The notes under the pieces are model-generated. The model had not been told where the DNA came from. It saw only the letters and a list, made by a program, of their open reading frames with translations, and searched no databases. The position numbers were made by a program, and so were the translations under genes. This document shows positions 37,796 to 49,926 of a stretch of DNA of 64,000 nucleotides, in pieces. The stretch is from contig JAHRHZ010000087.1 in assembly GCA_024137785.1 (NCBI GenBank), forward strand, positions 17,037,205-17,101,204. Direction: 5' to 3'. Source of the stretch: Ginglymostoma cirratum (Eukaryota). Every line of letters starts with the position of its first letter. The stretch's first letter is position 1.

Positions 37796-40700
37796 TCTTC
37801 ACATTTTTTAGACTTGAGTACCTACGGTCAACTTTAAAAGGACACTTAGAATTGAAAACACAAGATTTACATTTAAACATTTGGTACAATTCCAGGAACA
37901 GCAAGGCCCAATTTACAGTGTGCTATCCCAGTGAGCTATATTGATAAATAACCTATTTTCTGAAAACAAAATGTGTGAAGTTGCCCAAATAAGAGAATTG
38001 AGTCTTTTTGTTGCTGCTACAACATGAAACAACTAGCATATAGTAGAAATACAACAGGTTTCAACATGCCTTCTCATTTTGAGAATGAATTTCCTTTATG
38101 CAGTAAGGAAACATGAAGGTTTTAAAACATTAAAATAACACAGTCAAGGTCAAAATACAATAAAATCTTTCTAGTTAGGAGAGAACGGGAAAATATTTAA
38201 CAATCTGGTTGATACTTTTGGAGGCAAGGACATACCAGGCTGTCATAATTAATTTCTTCAGTGCTACCATCTTCATTGCTATAAAAAGGGAGGGATGGAT
38301 CAATTTACATTTAAATTTGTATGATCAAATAACCTACATTTCGCTGAAATAACTTGGGGATATTAATGTGATGAAATTGATTGTAAGTTTTATTTTGTAT
38401 TCCTGCATGTGGTGAGCAAAGTATTTCCCCCCTATCTTTTCAATAACACAAATGTCAGTTGCAATTAAATAATGTTGATTTCACAGAATCACAGAAGTGT
38501 TACAGTGCAGAATGAGTATAATCGTCCCATGTGCCAGGACTGGATTTATTTATTCAATGCTAACATAAAATCTAGTCGTACATCCACATTTCATAAATAT
38601 CCAATTTCTAATAGACTTGCTGAGATTAAACATTATCAAAGAAAATTAGTAGGCTACACAAAATGGAAATGGAAAAATCAGCTGATACTACAGAAAACTG
38701 TATCCCTGCTGTAAACGCAGATCAGAATTCCACTTTAGTGAGTCTTATGAATGGATTGTGCTCACAAGAGGTCAGGAAATGTGATAAAATAACTGAGTGA
38801 GGGTGTGCAGCAAAGCTAAGGAACCATTAAAATATAATTGTTTAATCAAGGAAAGGAGGAAAATATGTAAAACTGGCCTTTATCTCTAAGCTGTCATGCA
38901 TTTCTAGAAAGAACAGTGGGTTTTTTTTGGCTATGTTAAACTTCAGGGCATTTATTTTTAGTTGTTCTGATTGCCAAATGTTCACATGTAACCATGTTAG
39001 CTCCTGCTTTGTTGAACTTAGAGGGATTTAACAGTTTCTGAAAGGTTAAGAAGCTTATTATCTTTGGCCAACCACAAACAGCCATTGTAGAACAATGAAC
39101 TCACTGTAGAACTGATTAGCTAAGATTTAGATTGATCTAAAACAGAATGTGTTTGTCAAGAATTTTCAGAGATTAACTGTAAAGAAAAACTACCTGCAAT
39201 TTAATAGCAGTAATGATGGAGAAATTATTGTAGCCAGCCTTGGCTATTTCATTACTTCATTTCAGACAATCTTCAAAACACCAGTAAGCATGGGTAAAAC
39301 CATGCCTTTGATCTATCTTCCTACAGTGAGTGAAAAATACAGAAATGTGCCCCAGCAAATGCTGAATCAGAGGCAAAAAGATCCAAAATTACTGGTGACC
39401 AATCATGACCCCCACCATGCTAAATCATAAGCAGCAATGTAAAGAATCTAACACTTTTGCCAGAACTATGCAAGAGCAGTTATTGTTTTCCACTCCCTCC
39501 CCATTTTAAATTTTTTATTTATTCCCTAAACATAAACACATTGTCTAACTGTTAAAGCAAGACATAATCTGCTCCTAAGCATCTACCAACATAATGATTG
39601 CCACCTGTAGGAGCTGTGATAGGAGATGACTCGACATTTTCTTCCAGTCACTGTAGGGAAGTGTTTGACCTGTATTTTCCCAGGTAACATAATGACAACC
39701 AGGAAATTGCTACATGTACTGCAACTGCGTGAATCTATCATTATCATTTCACGGCAGAATATTGAGCCATTGCTGGAACAGGTCTGAGGAGCTGAGTGGC
39801 CTACTGCTGTTCCGATGTTCCTATAAAGTCTTACATTATCACACAATCCTTGACTTCAGACAGCAACGTAATAACATTAGACTACTTTGTGACTTGGGGT
39901 TTAACTCACAAATTTAGGAACAAGTGAACATTAACAATCAAAAAATGTTAAATTTTACAGGAATTGTTAAACTTTTATCACCCAAAATGAACAGAAAACA
40001 CAGCTCAATAACTTGCATTGAGTTATGCATTCGTGCATTTTGGCTCCTTCTTTTAAACCATCCACAGAAAATGTGACCTCACTACCACTTTCTCAAGATT
40101 TTACATAAATTCTTAAATTTGAGCCAGCTAGAAATACTTACCTGTAAATGACACGGACAAATAATATCAAGGAGCTTTCTGTTAAATTTGGGACTAAAAC
40201 TGAATCATTCATATCAAAATATAGTAAGATATGATTTTTTTGTGAGCAAAATATTTTTGAAAGCGGAATTTGCCAGAGAAATCTTTAATTTGGTCACTGG
40301 CTATTTTCTTTCATGCAGTCATCCTGTTAGGCACAATTGAAAATATATCTATATGTAAATAAACAATACGTAAATTTTCGATAGAATTTCATGATGACTT
40401 TTATATTTGAAAATGGGCCATCAACATCTCAAAACTGGCTACCAATCGATGGAATATTTGAGTGTCTATAGTGCTTCAGAAATCACAGCATGAAGTAAAG
40501 ATAAATAAGCGTTCAAAATGTATATTTTGGAAACCTGGAACTTAAAATAAGTGTCACAATTTAAGTACGTCAGCATGAACTGGAAAACTGTTTTAACAGC
40601 TATTCCTGAGGTACTCACTGAGGTTGCAAGCTGGAAATCAAACTCTGCTATTCCCGGAGTCATCGCAAACATTAACAATTTTGAAAAGTATGCAAGATTC

Positions 40701-41149
40701 CTCAATTAACCTGTCTTACACCCAGGATGATAAACAGCACAGGTCAAATTTCTGTAGTTAACAAGGAAACTAATTTTTACGAATAAATAGATTATAACTA
40801 CAGATAAATAATTAAAAACCCGGTGACGTAGAACTACTAGTTAAAATTTTAACCCCCTTATAAACACCGTCCCTCTGGAGTAAATAGTAAGAAATCTAAT
40901 ATTTTGTGCCATTCCTATGTGTATTCACTACAGTATGCATTAGTCTTGGTTTTAAGTCTCAGGTGGTATCTCTCCAAAGCTCACTGTGTTTTTTGGACAA
41001 TACACAGTTGACTCTAATTGATATACACCCAGACTAGCTACCTACAGAGTGTTAACAGCATCTAATCCAACAAAGTATCCTTCAAGATCAGCTTGTGTTG
41101 TGACATTTCCAGCATTCACCAATCTTCTCTTACTTATCCTCTTCTGTAG

Positions 41150-41480
41150 GTTCTTCTGTTGGTCTGTTCATCATGTACAACACTTCCTCTTCAAGGACAC
41201 TCAGGTGTTTTAGCACTCCTGTTCCTCCTCCAGCTGTATATACTTTGTACTATTTTTCTGGACATAGTTTCTCTAGGAGAGAGAAAGGACAATGTTATGG
41301 ATTTGTGTAAAGCGACTGAAACACTTACAGCTCTACGTGCAGTTCTTGGGACAATGCAAGTAGCACCGATTGCCTTGGCCACTGTCCTCCTTATACGCTT
41401 GCTAATTAGATTTCCCAATTCAATGTCCAAAACATCCCATTCTTTTTAACATAAATTGTGCCGCAACAACATCAGGGATT
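41150..41480 (-). pseudogene. Harbinger Myb/SANT-like gene remnant
   Basis: VAKAIGATCIVPRTA followed in another frame by YTAGGGTGVLKHLSVLEEEVLYMM (cf. TGGG...LTxLEExVL). Confidence 0.55.
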
Positions 41481-41989
41481 AATCTAGGAAACATTGTAGT
41501 TGCCAGCAGCCGAAGGCTGGTGTTGTGGCAGCTATCCCTGTGGAAAAGAAATCGTACCCTCTCCGATTACCATTTTAAAGCTGGCAGCTAGACTACATTT
41601 TCTGTAATCCAAACTCAGATAAGTCTATCAAGAGTGGTGTTACTACACAACCCTTCAAAGGAATGAAGTTCTTTATGAGAGAATATTTGTGGATTCACAC
41701 TGATAGGTGACTCTTACTAACTTGCCAATGGAAGGGGAATCCAAGCTGAAATGTTTTGAATACTTTTTCATTGGTCACTGGGCATGTGCTAGGGATCTTA
41801 CTATTCTTGACGTCAGTGAGCAGTCTGGCTACAAAACTGGGCCACTTGTTGTTGGCACCACAGGATCTTAGAGTGGTAAAAGTGGGCTGAGCATGTGGCT
41901 TTGGCTGAATAATGACGTGCACAATAATGCAGAGAAACAACATGGCACGTACATGGCTCAGCAGCAGCACACTTCAACAGAATGATGTA

Positions 41990-42450
41990 TTAAATGGCCA
42001 AGGGTTTTCAATGTCAGTTGATGTGGGACCATGCACAGAGCATTCTTAATACCCACATCCTTGCAGTACCCACAATGCTTTCACTCTGCTCCAATCTGCC
42101 GTTCCCACCATTTATGAGCCACCACGATAAACAACACCTTAGAGACTGATGACTCACCTCCACAACCAAAACATAGATAAATTGAGCTAATGCAATGATC
42201 TGTGACACGAATGTCACAGTGTGAACTATTGGCTTTCTAAAACATTTCATTTACTGCCAATATTCATGTCTCCAAATTCAAATAATGCATTCTCCACTCC
42301 TTGGGTCTCATGATAGCACAGCCCTTGCCATTAGGCCTTTGGTGAGCATTTCATCAGAAGAGGAAGAGGAAACAGCAAGAAGGGAGGAAGCATCCATAGT
42401 TGTGGATGGGCCTTCACTGAACAGTTGATCAGATTGCAATTCTCTTCAAG
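41990..42450 (+). pseudogene. Harbinger (HARBI1-like) DDE transposase remnant
   Basis: QLMWDHAQSIL (cf. NVQLVCDH), CSTHNAFTLLQSAVP (cf. PGSxHDAFILxxS), RLMTHLHN (cf. WLMTP), TIGFLK, acidic SSEEEEE tail. Confidence 0.7.
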
Positions 42451-42980
42451 GCGATCACATACACCATTGCTCGCCAGTTCATTATTTTTCATCCTCTGCA
42501 ACAGAACATCAGGATATCCCCTTGGTCAAAATCCAGAAATAAAAGACACCACTTTAAAAAACCATAATAACTTTATCCAACAATACTTCTTTTAATACAT
42601 ACAAAACTGAACTATTCATCCTTATGCATAGAATATTATAGGGTTCTGAGTGATGTGAGCTTTGGGAGATTTATTTGGCAAGGCTAATCTCCATGTTGGG
42701 AGTGAGTTGTTCTAGGAATGACGTATGGCAAGATGGGGCCAGAATTGATTGTGATGATTGTCAAAGAGCATGGGGTAAATAGTTAATGAGGCAAGTTTGA
42801 ACAGTTAGGGCGAGAATGCTTGCTAGGCCTTACAACAGAAATCCTCCAAAAGATTTAACAGAACTCAATCTTAGCCAAAGAAACTAAGTTCCAGCACATC
42901 TTGTCTGTCATGTGAGTGACTGTCTCTGGTCTATTCCTCTTAAGCAGTGTTAATCTAGTGGCTACAACATGCCTAGTGCA

Positions 42981-43018
42981 AGTTCTGAGGAAGGGTCATC
43001 GGACCCGAAACGTTAACT
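42981..43018 (+). ncRNA. Minimal type I hammerhead ribozyme motif, best-preserved family B copy
   Basis: AGTT|CTGAGGA|A|GGGTC-ATCG-GACCC|GAAA|CG|TT|AACT: 4-bp stem I, perfect 5-bp stem II, palindromic AACGTT in place of stem III. Confidence 0.7.
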
Positions 43019-43076
43019 CTTGTTTTTTTCCTTCAGGTGCTGCCAGACCTGCTGAGCTTTTCCAGCAACTTTGTTT
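42981..43076 (+). mobile_element. Family B mini-element, single arm
   Basis: Matches 23441-23540; TSD-like ATGCCTAGTGCAAG (42969-42982) / ATGACTAGGGCAAG (43077-43090), 12/14. Confidence 0.85.
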
Positions 43077-43499
43077 ATGACTAGGGCAAGGCTACTGAAT
43101 TTCACTGGGGGAAACTGAAGATGGTCTTGCAGGATGTTGTCATGCAGCTTTAAGGATTTACAGGCCTAACTGCCGACTGCAACACCACAGCATCTGAAGT
43201 AGCAGTGTAGGCTGGCTAGTTGAGAAACACCAGATGAAACAATGGCTGCATAGCAGGGTTCAGAATACTGTCCTCAAAAGAGAACAGTCATTTCTTTAAA
43301 CATTGAGTCACTGCCACAGCTCTGTACAGGTACCAGTCCACAGAAGCACAGATTAATGGAGTGTGAAGTGAAAGTGAACATTTAAAAATTTAAATAGAAA
43401 CAGAACATTTGAACACTTTCTTATATCCACCTTCAGCTTCCTGTGCAGTTATGTCACTTTAAATCCTACTATTTTAATTTGTCATTTAACAATGGTGAA

Positions 43500-43850
43500 T
43501 TTTTTTTTCCTTTTATTCATTCAGGAGGAAGGCATCGCTGGCCAGGTAGCATTTATTGCCCAGAGGGCAGTTAAGAATCAACCACATTCCTGTGGGTCTG
43601 GAGTCACATGTAGGCCAGACCAGGCACGGACAGCAGATTTCCTTCCCGAAAGGACATTAGTGAACCAGACAGGTTTTTCCCAACAATTGGCATTGGATTC
43701 ATAGTCATTATTAGACTCTTAAGTCCAGATATTAATTGAATTCAAATTCCACTGTCTGTCATGGTGGGATTTGAACCTGGGTCCCCAGAACATTATCTAG
43801 GTTGCTGCGTTAACAGTCCAGTGATAATACCACTAGGCCATCGCCTTCTC
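43500..43850 (-). mobile_element. tRNA-derived SINE with LINE-shared tail
   Basis: Minus head GGCGATGGCCTAGTGGTATTATCACTGG...GGTTCAAATCCC; same family as 37160, 48003 and 59015. Confidence 0.88.
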
Positions 43851-44049
43851 CATGTTTTCCTTTTCTGGTTTCTTTTTAAATGTGAATACCTTCTCACTCT
43901 ATGCATGAAGGCTCAACATCTATTTTGGAAGGAGGAACATGTTTGGCATTTGGTTGATAGAAATCTATTCTATTAACCAATATAAATCGAGCATTATATT
44001 GTTCAATATGTTCAACATATTATGTCTAGTGATACATATTTATTTATGG

Positions 44050-45010
44050 ACTGTGAGAAAATGAAGTATGTTTTCGTTTGGGCAGTACACGGATGCCCAC
44101 TGCTTATAAAAGCAAACTGATTTTATCGAAAGAATGTCCAGAAAAGTTTTTAAGAAGAAATGAGAGATAGATTTTGTTGTTTAATTATTGGATGAACAGA
44201 CTTGAGAAAACCATTGGATTTGTATGGAAGGTTGTCCAGCAACAGCCTCTGACCTAGCATTGTTTTTTCACTGCACACCTAGATGTGACAGTTAAGGAGA
44301 AGCTTACAAGAAAAAGTAGTCCTATCTCTCTCTCTTTCTCCATTGGTAAGAGAATAATCCCTAAACAAAACTAAAAAGCTCCTTCTGTCTGTGCAACAGT
44401 TTGAAAACCCTGAGAAAGTTTCAAATATCAGGATTCCTAACCATTTCTCCTCCGAATTTGAGACCTGATCTGAAGATCTTCATTAAATCTGTCACTGTCA
44501 ACAATTGGATCCTATCAACAGGATCTCAAAGGAACTATGAGAGACAACCCATTTTATCTTATGCATTTGCCTTTATCTTTAGAGGTGTTGTTCTTTTTTT
44601 GTCTATATTTTTCAAGACCTTGATATCTTTGCTGAGTTGTGTCGGCTTGTCTATGTATAAATGCGTGAGTGGGATTAAGGAGATATAGCCTGCATAGTAG
44701 TTTATTAAATTTCCCATTTTGTTACTTGTTGAAATAATAAGTTACTTTCTTATTTAACTTATCTTTCTAATCAACCTGTTGAGAGACGTTATTACATACC
44801 TCGAGCAGGCGGGGCCTAAAGCTGGGCCTCTTGGTCCAGGGGTAGGGACACCACTGCTGTACTAAAAGACAGCCAATAAGTTATTTTTGAGCTTATGAAT
44901 TTATGGAAGCAACCTGGTGAAAGTTTATTTTGTTCTAGACAATAGTGATAAAGGGAACGAAATTGATCATTTTGTAATGAAATAAAATATTTATACTTTT
45001 GGTATAGCTC
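44050..45010 (+). mobile_element. Putative solo LTR with nested short SINE
   Basis: TG start, (TC)n stretch and layout like the other putative LTRs; no paired copy. Confidence 0.35.
44760..44875 (-). mobile_element. Short tRNA-like SINE
   Basis: Similar to 15805-15915; flanking AATAAGTTA at ~44736 and ~44876 may be a TSD. Confidence 0.55.
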
Positions 45011-46049
45011 TTAAATAATGAGACTTCATTAGCTACAAACATGCAAGTTTTGGGATAATTTGCAAACATCAGAGTTCTATTCAACAATTATTTATTTGTT
45101 TTCATAGCTGTGTAAATAAACCCATAGCTAGGTAGCCCATCTGTGATGATGCTCTGAAGGCTACATCAGAGCCTTACTATTCATCATAGCATGGACTTTT
45201 TGGTAAAAGTGTTAATCAGACAGGAACTTCCAGCATCTATACATGTGCTTCTAAATCTAAAAATCAGGAAGTATCTGCTCACACTGCCCTGAACCTACAG
45301 AACTTTCAGTAATAATATTTCAATAAGAAATTCAACATTGAAATGCTTAGAGAGTTGTGAAATTCTTGTACATACATGATAGATTTCTTCTAAGTTCACA
45401 TTAAAAAGCCAGCCCATTCCTGTGCAAGTAAAGTTTTAATTTCTACTGGTCTCACACACATTATCCCACCACCACCCAAACCTACCTAGAGTGTCTGATA
45501 AAACTTTCCCTGCATGCCTTTAAGATCAGTTATCTGTTCATATGAGGTGCAAATCCACTATAGTGTTTGGTGTGACAAAAATGTGATTTTCTTAACACAA
45601 AAATCCCAGTGCAAAAGCCCATGTGTGTGAATGTCAGTATAAAGGACGGCCACTCCATTCAGTGACCACTGACTGCAAGATCTGGGTTCACCTGCAAAAC
45701 CTTCATAAAGGAGAAGATAACCATATGCTGAATTACATAATCAATGGAGAAGTGCTCTTTCAACAATAATACTTGCTTTTATTTCATGCAGAAACTTAAA
45801 ACATAATTATTATTCAAACTGTAAGAAAACATTTGTGTCGGATGTTCTGCTGATAGATTTGGTTTGGGAATGCTTTGTGCACAGAGCAGAAGATACAGGT
45901 TGTCTATCATGGCTCTAATAAGAGACTATCCAACCTCAGGCATATTACCAGCTAAAATTCATAATATAATTCAGGAACTTCTTTGAAAGAGCAACAAATA
46001 GAAAACCAGGGAGAAATGAAAAGAGAGAAAAAAAATCAGAGTGTAACCA

Positions 46050-47320
46050 AATCAGCAAATCTTCTGATTTACACACTCCTCATGATGTGTGACTTCAGGA
46101 AACTTTGGGGAAGATACCCCATTAGTCAGTGAGCCACTTAAATAATTAGTGGGAATCTTTTATCTTACTTTGATCTTCACATGGTTTTTAGCCATCATAG
46201 TGTTCATACATATCCCAAGATTCGTAACTGTGTAGCAGACACCTTTTGCACATACCACTATCACTCAGCCAACAGGGAAAGTGAGCTAAAACAACTCCCG
46301 GTTATGAATACATATGTATCAATAAGTAGTTAAATCAAATCAAACTCCATTTTAGAAGCCTTGAATCAGTTTCAGATTCAAAACAACTGATCCATTCTAT
46401 ATGTGGACAGAAGTCAAATCTATTTCTCATCATCCTGTTCAGCAGATCCAATGTCACAGCAATCTATATGACCTGCTCTAGGCCAACACCATCAAAATCA
46501 AAAGAAACTCCATTTAACCCAAGTGTATTTGCTTGGTTAGGGTTATCTTGTGTTGTAAACTTACAGGACTCTTTTTTTCCTTAGTGAGTAAATCTATAAC
46601 ATGTTCAAATTGAACCAGTATCTCGAGATTTTCTTGTTCCACCGTCACTGGAAGATTTATGTTTTCCAGAAGTGTAATTCCCTCTAGGGTATGAAGTGTA
46701 TTCTAAATAACAGCAACAACATGAGGCTGGAAATGCTGATGCACAACAAGCTGTCAAAAAAATTTAGTGCACAATAAGTATTTACAGCCTGATTTTTCTG
46801 CTGTTTTGCAGGTAAGACATGCATAATATAGGAAAAGCCATCAGCAAATAAAATCAGTTCCAAAGTTTTGCACGTAATGAAATGGTCCATCATGTTATGC
46901 TCTTCAGATAGAAAACACTACCTATGCGTGTAATCATTCTTACTCCTAAAAGTGTAAGACAGTTATACGTTCACGTGAAACCACACCAGTCTTTCTCAAC
47001 GCATTTCATGTATACTGAGGAAATTAGTACTTCCTCCCCCTGTACCAAATACATCTCTCAAGCTTTAAGCTGCATTAAGATATGTGACGTACTGATCTCT
47101 AGTTGATGTCATCAGAACAGCATCTTCAGTAGATCTAACCACCTTCAAAACATCCGCATCCAGAAAGGCCATTAATGGTGAGACAGGAAGTACATTTGAT
47201 AGACGCACAACTAGCATCACAGCAAGATGGCTCGTTAGGATATGCTGTTTGTGGTTTTCTGCTAATAACCTAATTTCACTCTGCTCTCTGCCCAAGAGAA
47301 ATGCTACTTTTTCCTGTTTT
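46050..47320 (-). pseudogene. Probable P-element superfamily (THAP9/Galileo-like) transposase relic
   Basis: Colinear pieces across frameshifts: ILTSHLAVMLVVRLS..PVS, INGLSG, VLKVVRSTEDA, QHFQPHVVAVI, ITLLENI, GMCKRCL, LTD*WGIFP. Confidence 0.4.
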
Positions 47321-47549
47321 GCTATATTTGTAAAAGAATGCTGATGTAGTCCCCTGCAATTTTTAAATTACAACTTTTAACTGGTTCATTTATTCACATA
47401 AAATATGTTGAACATCTGATATTTTCAGTATTTGTCAGGGCCACTTATCTGTACAAATATTTCCAGTCAATTATTATTCATATAGAGTACATTTTTGTAT
47501 ATAAAATGTACAACAGTAGAGTGTAAAATTTGGGAGCAGCATAACAACA

Positions 47550-47740
47550 ATTAGCTTACTACTAAGACTCACATCTCTGAGTCAGAAAACTGTGGGTTTA
47601 AGTTTTACATAATGCAAAACTTTGGGTGGCCTAGCCAGCAAAAATCATATAGCCAACATCCCAAAAACAACATAAGTGATTACTTACCTCATTACAACTT
47701 GTGAAGTCTTGATGTGTGCAAATTGGCTGCCATGCTTCCT
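47550..47740 (+). mobile_element. Deu-domain SINE fragment
   Basis: TCTGAGTCAGAAAACTGTGGGTTTAAG head and TTGATGTGTGCAAATTGGCTGCCATGCTTCCT. Confidence 0.55.
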
Positions 47741-48002
47741 TGTGGCATGCACCTTATGATCTTTACATGAAGGCAATTCCGCAGAGAGTATATACACTGC
47801 GGCACCATAAAATCCTTGTTATCACAAGCAGCAGCCCCAATTGGACATATTATTTATGGTATTATTTATGATGATTATCACAATTAACTTAATCCTGGAG
47901 ATTCTAGCAGTGTAGACAATATTTAAACCACATCATGTCCATCTCCCTCCAGGTCAGTATTGAAAATCAGCATGTCCATTTTTATCTAAAGGAATTTGGA
48001 TC

Positions 48003-48375
48003 GGGGAGGCAATGGTGCTGTGGTAATGTCAGGCGACTAGTAATCCAGAACCCAAGACTAATGCTGTGGGGATCGGAGTTTAAATTTCACCATGGCAAAT
48101 GGTGAATCTTGAACTCACTAAAAATCTGCTATGAAAACTGACCCTAATACTAATTATGTAATCATTGTCAATTCTTGTAAGATTCCATCTGGTTAACTAA
48201 TGTCCTTTCAGGAAAGAAATCTGCCATCTTTACTAGGCCAGCGTCTGATTCCAGATCCACAGCAATGTAGTTGATCCTTAAATGCCCTGTGAAATAGCCA
48301 AGCAGATCAAGAAGCAATGAGGGATGGGCAATACTTACTGGCCGAGCCAGCGATGCCCACATGACACAAACAAAT
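48003..48375 (+). mobile_element. tRNA-derived SINE with LINE-shared tail
   Basis: GGGGAGGCAATGGTGCTGTGGTAATGTC...GGGATGGGCAATA...GCCAGCGATGCCCACAT. Confidence 0.85.
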
Positions 48376-49481
48376 ATAAGTACTTAAAAGATGTTTTCTG
48401 AAATTGTGGATTGTGCTTGATACAGTAAATCTTGCGGCAATTGATAAAGGATAAACGTCTACTCTTTTTAGATGTAATAGATTTAAATCTTTCGGAAAAA
48501 CAAATGTTTAATTCTAAATCCTCTCTGAAGGTAGTAACTTATGTGCCTGAAATCAGCAGCCATTAAAAGTGCATAAATTCATGATGGAGTAGGCTTAGGT
48601 TTCAAATACAAATAATGTATCTCTCAACCATCTCTCAAGCAGCATGGCAGAACTTAAACTACCTCATCCTTTCCATGTCTTTCCTATCAATTCAATTCAT
48701 AACTTTGTTATTATTTTTCTATCAAGTTATTTACAGGAGAGTTTAAGCACGAACCTCAGGGGAGCAGGATGGAAACTAAGTCTCGCAGCAAGATTTGTGG
48801 ATTCATTAAACCATTAAGAGACTTTGTAAAATTTTAATTGCTTGTTTTTGTTGCAATAATGTAATACTTCTTTTAATAGTATAGAATCGCAACATGTGAT
48901 ACCTTCTCACTTATTTGCAGCCTGCCCAGTATCCAAAGAAATTCTGATGGATTGAGAAAAGGAGGGGAAGAGGAACAAGGAGGACTTGGATATGATGTAC
49001 GCTGACCTAAACTTCCTCTCCAGTCCACTGGTAAAATATTTTTACACAAATTTCAGCAGGAAATGTTAGAGCATTGAGTTTTACTTTACTCTCTCTGTGC
49101 TTTAGGCTTGCCTACTAATCACCATGAAGATGCAGCTCTCTCCGATATTTAATGGTTCAACTATCTTTACTGCCATCCAAGGCAAACGTACCCCGTCAAA
49201 CTTATTGTCTGCTTAAAATCTTAACTAAATAATACTTCAGAACATTATTGGAACTCTGTCAATTTTACAAGCTAAAGACTGAGTCTTGTAGTTATATCAG
49301 AGATAATAGGAACTGCAGATGCTGGAGAATCCGAGATAACAAGGTGTAGAGCTGGATGAACACAGTAGGCCAAGCAGCATCATAGGAGCAGGAAAGCTTG
49401 ACGTTTTGGGCCTCGACCCTTCATCAGAAAATCAGATTTTCTGATGAATGGTCTAGGCCCGAAACGTCAAGCTTTCCTGCT

Positions 49482-49881
49482 NNNNNNNNNNNNNNNNNNN
49501 NNNNNNNNNNNNNNNNNNNNNNNNNNNNNNNNNNNNNNNNNNNNNNNNNNNNNNNNNNNNNNNNNNNNNNNNNNNNNNNNNNNNNNNNNNNNNNNNNNNN
49601 NNNNNNNNNNNNNNNNNNNNNNNNNNNNNNNNNNNNNNNNNNNNNNNNNNNNNNNNNNNNNNNNNNNNNNNNNNNNNNNNNNNNNNNNNNNNNNNNNNNN
49701 NNNNNNNNNNNNNNNNNNNNNNNNNNNNNNNNNNNNNNNNNNNNNNNNNNNNNNNNNNNNNNNNNNNNNNNNNNNNNNNNNNNNNNNNNNNNNNNNNNNN
49801 NNNNNNNNNNNNNNNNNNNNNNNNNNNNNNNNNNNNNNNNNNNNNNNNNNNNNNNNNNNNNNNNNNNNNNNNNNNNNNNNN
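49482..49881. other. Assembly gap (400 N)
   Basis: Run of N. Confidence 1.
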
Positions 49882-49898
49882 ACCCTTCATCAGAAAAT

Positions 49899-49926
49899 CT
49901 GATGAAGGGTCTAGGCCCGAAACGTC
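49899..49926 (+). ncRNA. Minimal hammerhead ribozyme motif, intact family A core
   Basis: CTGATGA|A|GGGTCTAGGCCC|GAAA|CG|TC: canonical core, GUC cleavage triplet, ACGT palindrome; stem I weak in this copy. Confidence 0.65.

Noticed and set aside
46565-46702. Apparent phase 0-0 minus-strand host exon NTLHTLEGITLLENINLP...
   Set aside because: No phase-compatible neighbouring exon or recognisable protein; it lies inside the colinear putative P-like transposase relic. Not fully excluded.
46791-46816. Plus-strand TTTTGCAG|GTAAGA recursive-splice-like motif
   Set aside because: Isolated, inside a probable transposon relic, and no plus-strand host gene established
47103-47177. Apparent phase 1-1 plus-strand exon DVIRTASSVDLTTFKTSASRKAIN
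   Set aside because: Antisense to an open minus-strand frame, with no supporting partner exons
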